Assembly: GCA_963796055.1 (NCBI GenBank)
Contig: CAWCKH010000002.1
Location: forward strand, 176,787-240,786
Direction: 5' to 3'
DNA: 64,000 nucleotides
DNA from: an uncultured delta proteobacterium
Lineage (GTDB): Bacteria > Myxococcota > Myxococcia > Myxococcales > Myxococcaceae
Position 1 is the first letter of the stretch; each line of letters begins with the position of its first letter. The position numbers and the translations under genes were made by a program. The notes under the pieces were generated by a model. It saw only the letters and a program-made list of their open reading frames with translations. It had not been told where the DNA came from and made no database searches. This document shows positions 1 through 10,796 of the stretch, one piece after another.

Positions 1-765
1 GACCAGTTTCTCGGCACCTTCCTTCTTGAGCGCTTCCCACGCCTCCGCCGAGGCCTGCTTCGCTCTCTCCAGGCGTTTGGCGCCGAGCTCGCGGTAACTG
101 AGGTCGACCGTGTCGAGCTTCTTCCCTCGCAAGGACTCGACCGTGCGCTGCCAATCGCCGTAGGTGCGCTCCGCGAAGTCCCCCGGATACTTCTTTCGAA
201 GCATCTCGATGCGTTCGCCCTGACTCAGCATCTCCACGAGCTCGCTTCGCGTGTTGAGCGTGGCTCGCTCCCAGGAGCCGTCCAGGATCTGCGTCATCTT
301 CCAGACGAGCTTCTCGTACCAGATGCTCCATGTGCCCGAGAAGCCGTCGCTCTCCAGCGTCGCCGGTCCACCCGGCGCCAGCGCGGATTTTCCTTCGGCG
401 TCCTGATAGACCAGCTCGGGGACGAGCTTGGCCTCGATCTCGACCTCGCCGTCAGGGCGCCAGATCTTGAATCGCAACGCATCGCCGGCCTTGGCCCCAC
501 GCTTCTCCCACTCGTAGGACTCGCCCGGCTGGCCAGGAAGGCCCTGGAACTTGTTCGGCGCCATCCGTGGCTCCAGCGCCTCACCGTTCACGTGAGTGAT
601 GCGGTCGCCAATGCGAAGCCCCGTCGCCCTGAACGGTGACGACCACGCGATCCAGTTGACCGAGAGCCCCCTGGGCGCTTCTCCCCGCTCGAGCTCGGCG
701 GTGGTGGAGAGGCCCGAGATGACCGAGCCCGTGTCGTGCGAGAGCGGCAACGCTGCGGGGCTCAT
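1..765 (-). CDS. PDZ-domain protein, runs off the window edge
   Basis: Translated by hand (not in the ORF track): MSPAALPLSH...SPFRATGLRIGDRITHVNGEAL, a PDZ signature. Open to position 1. ATG overlaps the upstream stop (ATGA). Confidence 0.7.
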   Translation of the reverse strand, partial: MSPAALPLSHDTGSVISGLSTTAELERGEAPRGLSVNWIAWSSPFRATGLRIGDRITHVNGEALEPRMAPNKFQGLPGQPGESYEWEKRGAKAGDALRFKIWRPDGEVEIEAKLVPELVYQDAEGKSALAPGGPATLESDGFSGTWSIWYEKLVWKMTQILDGSWERATLNTRSELVEMLSQGERIEMLRKKYPGDFAERTYGDWQRTVESLRGKKLDTVDLSYRELGAKRLERAKQASAEAWEALKKEGAEKLV

Positions 766-2117
766 TCGCCGCCTCCTTTCGAGCTCCTGATCTTGTCCAT
801 CAGCGCCTTCTTCTTGTCTCGCAGGTACTGGCCAATCCAGTCGCGTACTCGGTCTTCTTTCGCTTCGGTGATGCCCTTGGCCAGCTCATCGAGCTCCGTC
901 TTCCACACCAGGCGGAGTGCCTCTTTGTCGTCGTCGCTCAGCCCGTCGACGTTCACCTTCCAGCTGTTGTCGAAGTCCTGCAACGCGGCATCGAGCCGCC
1001 CGGGGAGGTTGAAGCGCTCGATGTCTTCCCAGGTGTGGAGGTTCTCGGACAGCTCGAGCAGCTCCTCGACCGTCTTGTCACCGACCGGGCCGACGAAGAC
1101 GTCGCGGAACTGGCTCATGAAGTCTTCGTAGCCGTGCTTGAGCTCATCCATGAAAGGCTTGACCGCGTCGGCAGCAGCACGCGCGAGCAGCAGCGCATCT
1201 TTCTGCCCGCCGGAGGTGGGACATCCCGATGCAAGGGACTCGGCGTTCGCGGTCGTCTCGTTGTACTCGCGCGTCGCCGATTCATAGTTCGTTCGCTTGA
1301 CGAACTCGCGAACGCTCTCCCGAATCTGCGTGAAGAGAACGACAAGGGTCTCCTCTTCCCGGTTCATCTGGCTCAGCGCCTCTACATAAGTGGAAATCCC
1401 CTTCTTGTAGGGCCCGAGCGCTTGCATGACGTGCTGAACCGCTGCCTTCGCGAGCTGCTTGACGACATCCTTCCAATCGTTGGGAGTCGCGTTTGGATCC
1501 AGCTTGACGTTCGACGCTTTCTCCGCGAGCCAGCGCTGCTCCGCAATCACCTTCTCGACCGTTTCCTTGAAGAGATCCTGGATCTGCTTGGTGGTGCCGG
1601 CGACCTTGTCGTCGATGGAGCGATCGCTGTCGCCCAGCGACTTCCACTTCGCCTCGAGCCGATCCGCCTCGACATCGAAGTTGATGGAGTTGAGAAGCGC
1701 CTGCGCCGACATCCGAGCCGGCGTCATCCGGCCGCACTGAGCGAAGAAGGCGGCCTCTTGAGTCGAGACCGTCTGGGCGAAGGCGCACAGCTCAGGAGCG
1801 ACCGTCGTCGCGTCCTTCAAAGCGTCCATGATCTTCTTGGCGGCCTCCGCGCTGTTCTTGGCGTAGTACTCGGTCCACTTCGCCTGGTAGGCTTCCGGCG
1901 ACGGAGAGGAAGATTCCTCCTTCAGAATCGCGAGTGATTCCTGCAGCACCTCGTCTCGCCACTTCGAATACTTCTCCAGGTCGTTGGTGAAGCCGGTGTA
2001 GCGGGCCAGAACCTTCGCCTGGTCCGCGCCATGCTCCCCGGCCTTGGCGGTGTCCGTTGCCTCAGGTGTCCTGAGGCCCGACAAGATCTCTTCAATACGG
2101 GCGTTGTAGAGAACCAT
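762..2117 (-). CDS. Hypothetical alpha-helical/coiled-coil protein (~451 aa)
   Basis: Long ORF rich in K/E/A/D; GAGAAGG upstream of ATG 2117; translationally coupled to the PDZ gene. Confidence 0.75.
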   Translation of the reverse strand: MVLYNARIEEILSGLRTPEATDTAKAGEHGADQAKVLARYTGFTNDLEKYSKWRDEVLQESLAILKEESSSPSPEAYQAKWTEYYAKNSAEAAKKIMDALKDATTVAPELCAFAQTVSTQEAAFFAQCGRMTPARMSAQALLNSINFDVEADRLEAKWKSLGDSDRSIDDKVAGTTKQIQDLFKETVEKVIAEQRWLAEKASNVKLDPNATPNDWKDVVKQLAKAAVQHVMQALGPYKKGISTYVEALSQMNREEETLVVLFTQIRESVREFVKRTNYESATREYNETTANAESLASGCPTSGGQKDALLLARAAADAVKPFMDELKHGYEDFMSQFRDVFVGPVGDKTVEELLELSENLHTWEDIERFNLPGRLDAALQDFDNSWKVNVDGLSDDDKEALRLVWKTELDELAKGITEAKEDRVRDWIGQYLRDKKKALMDKIRSSKGGGE

Positions 2118-2714
2118 GGCAAGCGACCTTCTCACCGGAGGTGCGGCGATGCACCGAGATGTGGGGGGAGAAAAGCAACCTGGCCCCGCTGTTCAGCGAC
2201 AATCATCCGAGGAGGCGGACGAGCGCGTTGGGATCAGGGGTGACGGGCGGAGGAGCCGGACCAGCAGATCGCGTGCGCGGGTGCGCCAGGGCGAGGACTG
2301 CGCGCGATAGAGACTCTGCATCGACACGACTCCCAGGACTCGGGCTGCGACCCAGGCCCTCCCGGTCCATGGATCCGGTCTCCAGCGGAGGACACCGGAC
2401 CCCCGCCAGCGTTGCGTGTCCGGTGCCCCGCCCTTCGTCAGCGAAGGACCTCGAGCTGCTCCTGCGTGAGGCTCGTGTCCTCGCCCTGAAAGTCGATGGG
2501 ATTCATCTCGGCCCACCGCACCGAGCACGGGAAGCTCAGCGCGCGCGCTCCGTTGGAGCCAGTTACCGGAGAGGGGCTGGTGGCGGGACGCACAGTGGCC
2601 ACTCGCGGCGATTTTCGAGACGCCCGGAGTCCGCCAGTTGCTGGGACAGCGGGACCACATCGATGAGCGATAGACGCTACGGCGGGCTCAATCGGCCCGT
2701 TGGTCGTTCGAGGT

Positions 2715-3548
2715 TCAGCGAAACGCGGCGAGCCAGGCAGCCACGGGGACGCACCCCGTGGCGACGGCGAGCAAAGCCTGAGCGGCCCGGTTCCGCAGCG
2801 GCGGCAGAAGCGACACCGTCGCGCCGGCCAGCACGCCGCAGAGAAATCCGCAGAGATGGCCAGTGAGGTCGGCGCGCTTCGACGTTCCCAGGAATGCAAG
2901 CAGAGCGAGCCCGCCACCCAGGGGGATCCAGGCACGGCGGTCGTGCCGAGGCAAGGCTGCGAGTGAGCCCACGGCACCGAAGGCGGCCGTCGAGGCCCCG
3001 ATGGAGACGAAGTTTTGCCGCATGACCTCGGCGGCGGCGAGCGTACCTGCGGCGCCCGAGAGCAGCACCAGGGCGCTCGCCAGCCCCGGGCCGACGGAGC
3101 GTGCGAGCAGCGCCAAGAGGAGTCCGCCCAGCACGGCGTTGCCCGCGACGTGACCAGCGTCGCCGTGCAGGGTGAGCGCGGTGACTGCTCGCCAGTACTC
3201 GCCGCGTAGGATCGCAGCGGCGTCCGCGCTCCCCCGCTCGAACCAGGGTGAGCCGGCGGAGTCCGGACCCGTCCAGACGTACATCGCCAACAGTGCGAAA
3301 GAGAACACGAGACCGCAGGCAACCGCTCCCGCTGTGGAGTGGACTGGCTCAGGACGGCGTACTTCCAGCGGGTTCTCCCGCTCGAACGCAGCGACCACTG
3401 CCTCCGCACGCCCGGCGTCCTTGTCGTCAATGTGGATCGCCCAGAGCTCGTCTCCGAGGCGGCGCACCTCGTGGGCAATGCCCTCCTGGTCCAGGACCAG
3501 CGATAGGTCCATCGCGCGGCGGAAATCGCTGGAGAGGCGCAGGAGCAC
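2715..3548 (-). CDS. Rhomboid family intramembrane serine protease
   Basis: YWRAVTALTLH, GHVAGN, catalytic GAS (IGASTA) and GHLCG; multiple TM segments. Confidence 0.9.
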   Translation of the reverse strand: MLLRLSSDFRRAMDLSLVLDQEGIAHEVRRLGDELWAIHIDDKDAGRAEAVVAAFERENPLEVRRPEPVHSTAGAVACGLVFSFALLAMYVWTGPDSAGSPWFERGSADAAAILRGEYWRAVTALTLHGDAGHVAGNAVLGGLLLALLARSVGPGLASALVLLSGAAGTLAAAEVMRQNFVSIGASTAAFGAVGSLAALPRHDRRAWIPLGGGLALLAFLGTSKRADLTGHLCGFLCGVLAGATVSLLPPLRNRAAQALLAVATGCVPVAAWLAAFR

Positions 3549-3676
3549 GCGGGCAGCCTACATGGCGCGGTCCTTACAGGAGAGCGCCGCCGTGGCGGTC
3601 CTCTCCGTTTCCTCCAAGCAGCGCCGCGTGCTCGACCGCTCACTTGCGACCCAACGGTGAAGTGACTCCGCCGCGT

Positions 3677-3739
3677 GACTTGCAGGCGGCAGTGCGCGCG
3701 CTCGAGAGCCTTGGACACGTTTAGGACGCACCCCGGTGT
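3677..3739 (+). pseudogene. 3' remnant of the same tyrosine integrase family (DLQAAVRALESLGHV*) with arm-like repeat
   Basis: Near-identical to 17352-17414 at DNA level. Confidence 0.85.
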
Positions 3740-4047
3740 TCCGCGCCCTGGTGAGAACGTCGCGCGGTCCCGCCTTCGTCCGGGTCTTGACCCCGACGAG
3801 GGTTGCGTAGGTGGCCTCGCCCTCCCCCGCCGACCCCCTTTGCAGGCCCAGACAGCGCAAAGCCGAAGCGCAGAGTACGTGCCGGGAAAGTGGACCGTGC
3901 ATGTCCACGTCGAGGATGGCTACCATGCCAGTCAGAGCACCCCCAGCCGTCGTGGCTGGACTCTTGTAACCGAGTCTCCGGAGAACCCGAGGCGGTTCAC
4001 AACTCATAAGGGAGCATGCTGTGGCAGAGCACTCTGAGCCGGCTCAC

Positions 4048-5778
4048 ATGGCGTCCCCCGCGCCTCCGGTATTGGTCGTCGTGGATTCGGATCGGCAGGA
4101 CCGCATGGCGACTGAGTCGGCGCTGGTTCGCCGCTTCGAGCCGGACTACCGCGTGGTGACCGCCGACTCTTCGACGTCCGCGCAGGCGGCGTTGGAGCGG
4201 TTGGCGAGCCAGGGTGAGGACGTGGCGCTGATCGCCGCCGATTTGCGGCTGCCCGGTATGGACGGCCTGGCGTTCTTGGAGCGCGCGCAAGAGTTACATC
4301 GGGGTGCGAGTCGAGTGCTGTTGATAGCCATGGATCGCTATCACACCCGGATTCCCTTCACAGAGTTGGCGACATTGCAGCGAGCGACCGCGCTGGGCCG
4401 GATCGACTTCTGGATTGTCAAGGGGTGGGTCACCCCGGAGGAGTGGCTGTATCCGCAGGTGCAAGAAGCGTTGAGCGCATGGACCATGACCCACCGACCG
4501 CATCACGTGGTGTACCGCATCGTCGGTGAGCAGCGGGCACCGCGTAGCCACGCCCTGCGGGACGTGCTGAGCCGAAACGGCGTGCCGTTCGCTTTCTATC
4601 CTGTGGACTCACCGCAGGGACAACAGCTGCTGCGCGACTTTTCAGTTGACCCAGCACGGCTTCCGGCCCTGGTCAGCCACGACGGCACGGTGCTGCACAA
4701 TCCGAGCTTCGCCGACATTGCCGGCGCGCACGGTATCCAGGTACAGGCGGCCGCTGAGATCCATGACCTAGCGATCCTTGGTGCCGGACCGGCCGGGTTG
4801 GCAGCCGCCGTGTATGGAGCCTCCGAAGGGTTGCACACCGTCGTCATCGAGCAGCTGGCCATTGGTGGCCAGGCCGGTACCAGCTCACTGATTCGCAACT
4901 ATCTGGGCTTCCCGCGTGGCCTGAGCGGAGGTGACCTGGCACACCGGGCGTGGCAGCAGGCGGTGCTGTTCGGGGCCCAGTTTGCTTTCACCCACGGGGC
5001 CATCCGGTTGACAACGACCGGGGGCCATCAGGTGATCACGCTCGACGACGAAAGCGAGGTCGTTTCCCGGGCGGTGATCATTGCGACGGGTGTGACGTAC
5101 CGCCGCCTCAATATTCCTACTCTGGACCGGTTCGTCGGCACAGGAGTGTTCTACGGCGCCGCCGGCGTGGAAGCGCCGGCGATGGCAGGGCAAGAGGTGT
5201 ATGTCATTGGCGGGGCGAACTCGGCCGGCCAGACAGCCCTGCACCTCGCGAGGTTCGCCAACCGGGTTACATTGCTGGTCCGTGGGCAGTCACTGGCCGC
5301 CGGCATGTCCGACTACCTAGTCAGGCAGCTGGAGGAGACCAAAAACGTCGAGGTCCGCCTAGAGACGCGCGTGGTCGACGGCCGCGGCAAGATCCACCTC
5401 GAAGCCCTCACGTTAGAGAATCTCCGCACTGGTCGACAGCAGGAGGTCCTAGCAACAGCCGTGTTCGTGCTCATCGGCGCGGAACCGCACACCGATTGGC
5501 TTCGCGATGTTGTGAAGCTCGACGAGCGTGGGTTCATCCTGACCGGCCGCGACATTCCGCAATCTGCATGGCCTGGACAACGGGCACCGCTGCCGTTCGA
5601 GACAAGTGTGGCCGGGGTGTTCGCAGCCGGGGACGTCCGTTTCGGGTCGGTCAAGCGTGTCGCCGGTGCCGTTGGCGAAGGATTGGTCACCGTGGGCTCG
5701 GTCCACCGATACCTTGCCGACGCGGTGGCCGGGACTCGCTCAGTGTCTTCGCAAACAGATCGAGATGCCCGAGTATGA
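4048..5778 (+). CDS. Receiver (REC) domain fused to a thioredoxin-reductase-like FAD oxidoreductase
   Basis: N-terminal VVVDSD...ADLRLPGMDG; GAGPAG, GGQAGTSSLIRNYLGFP, GGANSA, FAAGDVR. Alternative start GTG 4021. Confidence 0.9.
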   Translation: MASPAPPVLVVVDSDRQDRMATESALVRRFEPDYRVVTADSSTSAQAALERLASQGEDVALIAADLRLPGMDGLAFLERAQELHRGASRVLLIAMDRYHTRIPFTELATLQRATALGRIDFWIVKGWVTPEEWLYPQVQEALSAWTMTHRPHHVVYRIVGEQRAPRSHALRDVLSRNGVPFAFYPVDSPQGQQLLRDFSVDPARLPALVSHDGTVLHNPSFADIAGAHGIQVQAAAEIHDLAILGAGPAGLAAAVYGASEGLHTVVIEQLAIGGQAGTSSLIRNYLGFPRGLSGGDLAHRAWQQAVLFGAQFAFTHGAIRLTTTGGHQVITLDDESEVVSRAVIIATGVTYRRLNIPTLDRFVGTGVFYGAAGVEAPAMAGQEVYVIGGANSAGQTALHLARFANRVTLLVRGQSLAAGMSDYLVRQLEETKNVEVRLETRVVDGRGKIHLEALTLENLRTGRQQEVLATAVFVLIGAEPHTDWLRDVVKLDERGFILTGRDIPQSAWPGQRAPLPFETSVAGVFAAGDVRFGSVKRVAGAVGEGLVTVGSVHRYLADAVAGTRSVSSQTDRDARV

Positions 5779-5978
5779 CGCGCGGGGGTCTTGGAAACGA
5801 GGTTAGAAGCACCGAGCCGAGCCGGCGTGCGCGCCCCCGGGGACCCGGCTCACCCCACCTCGGCGAGCAGGCCCCTTGAACTGGAACAGTGCTCACGTTC
5901 GCGTCCGGCGGTCCCGGAGCCGAGGCACTCTCGCGAAACCATCCGACGGCACGGCCGGACTCACTTTGGTGTCGGTGC

Positions 5979-6287
5979 CTACTTCGGTGGAGGGGTCGTT
6001 CCGTGGGGCATCGTGCCTGCCTCCGAGCCCATCGCCCCGGGGCCCGTGCCGGCTCCCTGGCCGTCCATCATCCTCTGCCCGGAGCCCGTTCCCGGGTCGT
6101 GCATTGTCCCCTGCGCCCCCGTTCCCTGGTCGTGCATTGTCCCCTGACCCCCCGTTCCCTGGTCGTGCATTGTCCCCTGACCCATACCGCCACCCTGCTG
6201 CTGTGGCGTCGGCGCGGGTGGACATCCGAGAAGGGCTAGAGTGCCGGCGAGAACGGCGGCAATGAACAGCGTCTGACGTGTCTTCAT
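5979..6287 (-). CDS. Small Met/His/Gly-rich lipoprotein with QGTMHD repeats, probably metal-binding
   Basis: Lipobox LLGC; three 11-aa repeats; adjacent to the Cu ATPase. Confidence 0.7.
   Translation of the reverse strand: MKTRQTLFIAAVLAGTLALLGCPPAPTPQQQGGGMGQGTMHDQGTGGQGTMHDQGTGAQGTMHDPGTGSGQRMMDGQGAGTGPGAMGSEAGTMPHGTTPPPK
6085..6183. repeat. Three 33-bp tandem repeats (coding)
   Basis: cccgttccc(t/g)ggtcgtgcattgtcccctg x3. Confidence 0.9.
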
Positions 6288-6711
6288 GGCTCTCTCCTGC
6301 TGGTAGATGCGACTGCGCTCCACCGCTTCCAATGCGAGTGGGCGGAACCGGTCCGCTGTCCCTGGTCTGACGGTCTCAGCGGTCGAATCCCAACGAGCTC
6401 GAGCTCGTCGGCTGGCAGCCTGGTCCTCTCGCTAAATCCGGGTCGAGCGCGGTAGGACGCCGAAGACACCGGGCTTCGAGTGTATGACCGCATACGGGGC
6501 GCGCCAGGACGACTGTGAGTGCGTCTCAGACCGTGAACAGGTCCGCACTTCCCAACGCCTGACTGACTCATTAGGACGAGCTCAGAACCTGCGCACCCGG
6601 ACTGCCTGCCCGCGCAAACCGTGCGTGGGCTGGGGCCCTGGCTTGGTGCTGAGTCCTCCTTCTCCCGCGCGCCGACGTCGCGACCTATCGGCAGCGGTCG
6701 CCCTATGGGCT

Positions 6712-8780
6712 CTACAGCCGAACCCGCCTTAGAAGCTGAGCGTTCAACGCGACGATGACGGTGCTCGCCGACATGAGCACTGCCCCGACCGCGGGATGCA
6801 GCACAATCCCCCACGGCGCGAGGACACCTGCCGCGAGCGGAATGGCGACGACGTTGTAGCCGGCCGCCCACAACAGGTTCTCAATCATCTTCCGGTAAGT
6901 CGCGCGGCTGAGGATGACGATGCGGGGCACGTCGCGCGGGTCGCTCCGGACCAGAACCACGTCTCCCGCCTCCACCGCGACCTCGGTACCGGCACCCATG
7001 GCGATGCCGACGTCCGCTGTCGCGAGGGCGGGAGCGTCTTGACCCCATCGCCGACCCTGGCCACCCTTTCCCCTTGTCGCTTGAGCTCGGCAATCGTCTC
7101 CGCCTTTCGGTCGGGGAGCACCTCCGCGTGCACGGTATCGACACCGACTTCGCGGGCGACCGCCTCTGCGACGGCTCGTGAATCTCCGGTCAGCATGGCC
7201 ACGTGAATCGACATCGCCTTCAGCCGAGCCACTGCCTCGCGCGATTCGGGCCTGGTCGCATCCGCCACGGCCAGGGCTGCCACGACATGCCCGTCGACGA
7301 CGAGAAAGACGACCGCCTGTCCACGGGTCGCGACCTCTTCCGAAAACGTCTTGAGTTGGGGCGGCAGGGTGACGCCGAGCCGGAGCAAGAGATTCGGACC
7401 GCCCACCATCCATTCACGCCCCTCCACTGACGCCCGGACGCCCTGGCCAGCGATTGCCTGGAAGGAGGTGGCGGCGGGGACTTGAAGGCCCCGCTCTTCG
7501 GCAGAACGAACCACCGCCCTGGCGATGGAGTGCTCTGAGTCGCGTTCGACCGCCGCTGCGACCCGGAGCGCGTCCTCCTCGGAGGTGCCGCTGACGGTTC
7601 GGATGCCGACCACTCGATGCTCGCCGAGCGTCAGGGTTCCGGTCTTGTCGAAGACGACTACATCGAGTTGGCGAGCGTCCTCGAGGCCGCGACGCTCCCG
7701 GATGAGCAGCCCGGAGCGCGCCCCGACCGTCGTGGAGATGGCAATGACGAGCGGGATGGCCAGACCGAGGGCGTGCGGGCAGGCGATGACCAGCACGGTG
7801 ACTACCCGCTCGACGACGACCGCCCCCGGTGCCCTCAGGGCTAGCCAGACGACCGCGGTCACGATTGCCGAGGCCACCGCGACGATGGTGAGTAGGAGCG
7901 CCGCGCGGTCTGCGAGGGCCTGGGCGCGTGAGCGAGAGGTCTGCGCCGTCTCGACGAGTCGCATGATCCGCGCCAGCGTCGTTCCCTCGCCTGTGCCGGT
8001 CACCTGGACACGAAGAGAGCCAGCACCATTGACGGTCCCGGCTACCACCCGGTCACCGTCGCGCTTCACTGGACGGGACTCGCCGGTGATCATCGACTCG
8101 TCGGCCATACTCTCGCCCGACTTCACCACCCCGTCCGCCGGGACCCGTGCTCCCGGTCGAACGAGGACCAGGTCCCCGTCCCTCAGCGCGGAGAGCGGGA
8201 TTTCTTCCTCCCGGTCAGCGGCGATGCGAACGACCGTGGCGGGCAGGAGCCTCGCCAATGCCTTCAACGCGCCCTGCGCCTGGACGATGGACCGCATTTC
8301 GATCCAGTGGCCAAGGAGCATCACGGTCACCAGGGTCGCCAGCTCCTCCCAGAGCGGCGTCCCGGGATAGCCGGCCGTCACCACCACGCTGAAGACAAAG
8401 GCGACGGCGATCGCCAGGGCAATGAGGGTCATCATTCCGGGGAGGCGGCTGCGAATCTCGCGAATCGCGCCCTGGAGGAAAGGCCGTCCGCCGTAGAGGA
8501 ACACCAGCGTGCCGAGCACCGGAGGAATGAACGCCGAACCCGGAAACACCGGCGGCTCCCAGCCGAGTGCCGAGGGGAGCATGTGACCCCACGCCAGTAT
8601 CGGGATGGTGAGTCCCACGCTCACGAAGAACCGGCGCCGGAACATCTCCACGCTGTGGCCGGCGTGGCGCTCGTGCCCTCCGTCCTCATGCACGACAGGC
8701 GCAAAAGGGGTGCCTGCCGCTGCGGTCATTTGTGGTGCGTGATGGTCATGATGACCGGTCATTACTTCCTCCGGGGCCAC
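6712..8780 (-). pseudogene. copB: P1B-type copper ATPase (CopB-like, CPH motif), frameshifted near 7040
   Basis: His-rich N-terminus, TGES, CPHALG, DKTGT, SEHSIA. GDGV(N)DAPAL is split across two frames by a 1-nt deletion. Confidence 0.9.
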
Positions 8781-9080
8781 CCCTCACCAGGACGGCGAAT
8801 TGAGCTTGCGACTCCAGCCGTCGAGACGAAAGTCCGGGCACGCCTGTTGTCAGGTCCTCCATTGCGAGTTGGTGTGCACCCTCGGCATCTGCACCGAGGT
8901 CCTGGTCGCGACGTCGCCCTGGGCTCGTCTGCGCTCCGGAGCTACGCTGCGGATGTTTCGAGAATTCAGGCGTGGATCCGGATGTTCCAGATTCAACTGG
9001 AGACGGAGCGTCGGTTCTGCACGGAATCGACGCGCTTGTCGGATCCGTGTTTCGGCGGGTCAGAAAAGGAGCAACTGGAG

Positions 9081-10043
9081 ATGCGTACCCAACCTCGTTC
9101 GCTGCATCCCTCCCTCTCCGCCACCCTCCTCCTGACAGCCGCGCTGGGCGCTGGCGGAACGGTGGCCCTGGGTTGTCAGCGGAGCAACGGCCAGCCCTCG
9201 ATCGGGCCCGCCACCCCGACGGTCTCTCCGCCGGCGAGCACCGCGGCAGGCTCGATGCAATCGACCTCGATGGCTCAAGCCGCCGATGGGGGCACTGCTG
9301 CCAGCGAAGCAGCCACCTACGCGGAGCTCGAGGGCCTCTACAGGGAGCTCGCCGGCACGGGGGCCTCGCCCAAGGAGCCGTGGGCAAGCCTGGCGCGCCA
9401 GATGGCCGAGATGCACCAGCTGATGGTGAGCGGCCGCCCGATGGGCGGGCCGGGGACGATGGGCGGCCCCGGAATGATGGGCGGGCAGGGAATGGGCGGG
9501 CGACACGGCGCGACGATGGGCGGCCGCGGCATGATGTGGCAGCGCTCGTGCGCCCTCGACACCTGGAATCGAGGCATGGCCACGTTGAGTCAGAAGAGCG
9601 GCGAGGCGGCGCGTTCCGCCGGCGATACCAAACTCGCCGAAAAGCTTGGCGCCGTCGCCAAGAAGCACTCGGAGCTCGCCGAGCAGGTCGGCGGCCAGCC
9701 CGCCGCTCCCGCCACCGAGACGGGCCAAGACGGCAGCGCGATCTTCGCCGCGGCCTGCTCGCCCTGCCATCGCCCCCAGGGGGAAGGGGTGCCGGGCGTC
9801 TTTCCTTCCCTTCGAGGTGATCCAGTGGTCCTCGGGTCTGATGAACGCCTGATCAAGACCGTGCTCGGAGGCCTCAATGGCCCGCTCGCAGTCGGCGCGC
9901 AGCACTACTACGGTGTGATGCCGGCGTTCGGCGATCGTCTCGACGACCGAGCACTCGCGGCCGTGCTCACCTACGTCAGGGGTGCGTGGGGAAACAGCGC
10001 GCCGCCGGTTACCGCTGAACGGGTGGCCGCGCTACGGAAGTAA
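9081..10043 (+). CDS. Monoheme cytochrome c lipoprotein with a Met/Gly-rich linker
   Basis: RBS GGAG; lipobox ALGC; CSPCH; GVPGVFPSL; axial Met in GVMPAF. Confidence 0.85.
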   Translation: MRTQPRSLHPSLSATLLLTAALGAGGTVALGCQRSNGQPSIGPATPTVSPPASTAAGSMQSTSMAQAADGGTAASEAATYAELEGLYRELAGTGASPKEPWASLARQMAEMHQLMVSGRPMGGPGTMGGPGMMGGQGMGGRHGATMGGRGMMWQRSCALDTWNRGMATLSQKSGEAARSAGDTKLAEKLGAVAKKHSELAEQVGGQPAAPATETGQDGSAIFAAACSPCHRPQGEGVPGVFPSLRGDPVVLGSDERLIKTVLGGLNGPLAVGAQHYYGVMPAFGDRLDDRALAAVLTYVRGAWGNSAPPVTAERVAALRK

Positions 10044-10490
10044 ATCGTCTCGGAGGAGACCTCGTGCGGAGTTGTCACCGGCATCCCCTCGCACGGGAAG
10101 GGCCCTGTTGTGCCGCGGCAGCCCCGCGCCGAAGCGCGACGGCCGCGGCCCCGACGTCGAGTCGGTCGAACGCCGGCGCGGGAGACGGACCGAGGCCGGC
10201 GCGGTGGGCCGAGCACGAGCGGCGCCGCTGGACCCGCTGGTGGCCCGGCCCGCCCGTCGCGCCGTCCCACTCGCTAGGGCAACACGCACTTGGCCGCGCG
10301 CAAGAAATGCGCTCTCGTCTTCTGCATTCCACGGAATCGATCGACCCATTGAAGCGTTTGACGATTGAAGCGCGGCGGGTTCTCGCAGCACGCACGTCGG
10401 CCGCTCCGAGTGATACAAGGCACCCGGGGCGGGCACGTGGACGGCCAACGACGTGTCCACGCTCCGCCGCCTGGAAGATGGGGTGGCGCC

Positions 10491-10715
10491 ATGCACTGGT
10501 GGAACGATGGGGGTGGATTCGGGGGCTGGATGGGATTCGGATGGATCTTCGGCGTAGCGCTGGTCGCTGTCGTCTTCTGGGTGCTCTTCAAGTCCGTGCG
10601 CAGTGGATCGAGCGACTCACCTGAATCACCAGAACAAATCCTCAAGCGCCGGTATGCGAAGGGTGAGATCGACCGCGAGACTTATCAACGGATGATGAGT
10701 GAGCTCAGAGGCTGA
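10491..10715 (+). CDS. SHOCT-domain small membrane protein
   Basis: One TM segment then SPEQILKRRYAKGEIDRETY. Confidence 0.85.
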   Translation: MHWWNDGGGFGGWMGFGWIFGVALVAVVFWVLFKSVRSGSSDSPESPEQILKRRYAKGEIDRETYQRMMSELRG

Positions 10716-10796
10716 GCGGGTGAGCAACTTCAGCGAGCCCCCTGAACGAACGGAGCCGCTGGTCCATCGGGTCAGTCGCCCCCATCGCTCGGCGAG

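Noticed and set aside
8307..9080. N-terminal extension of the cytochrome c ORF
   Set aside because: Overlaps copB antisense; RBS and lipoprotein signal support the start at 9081.
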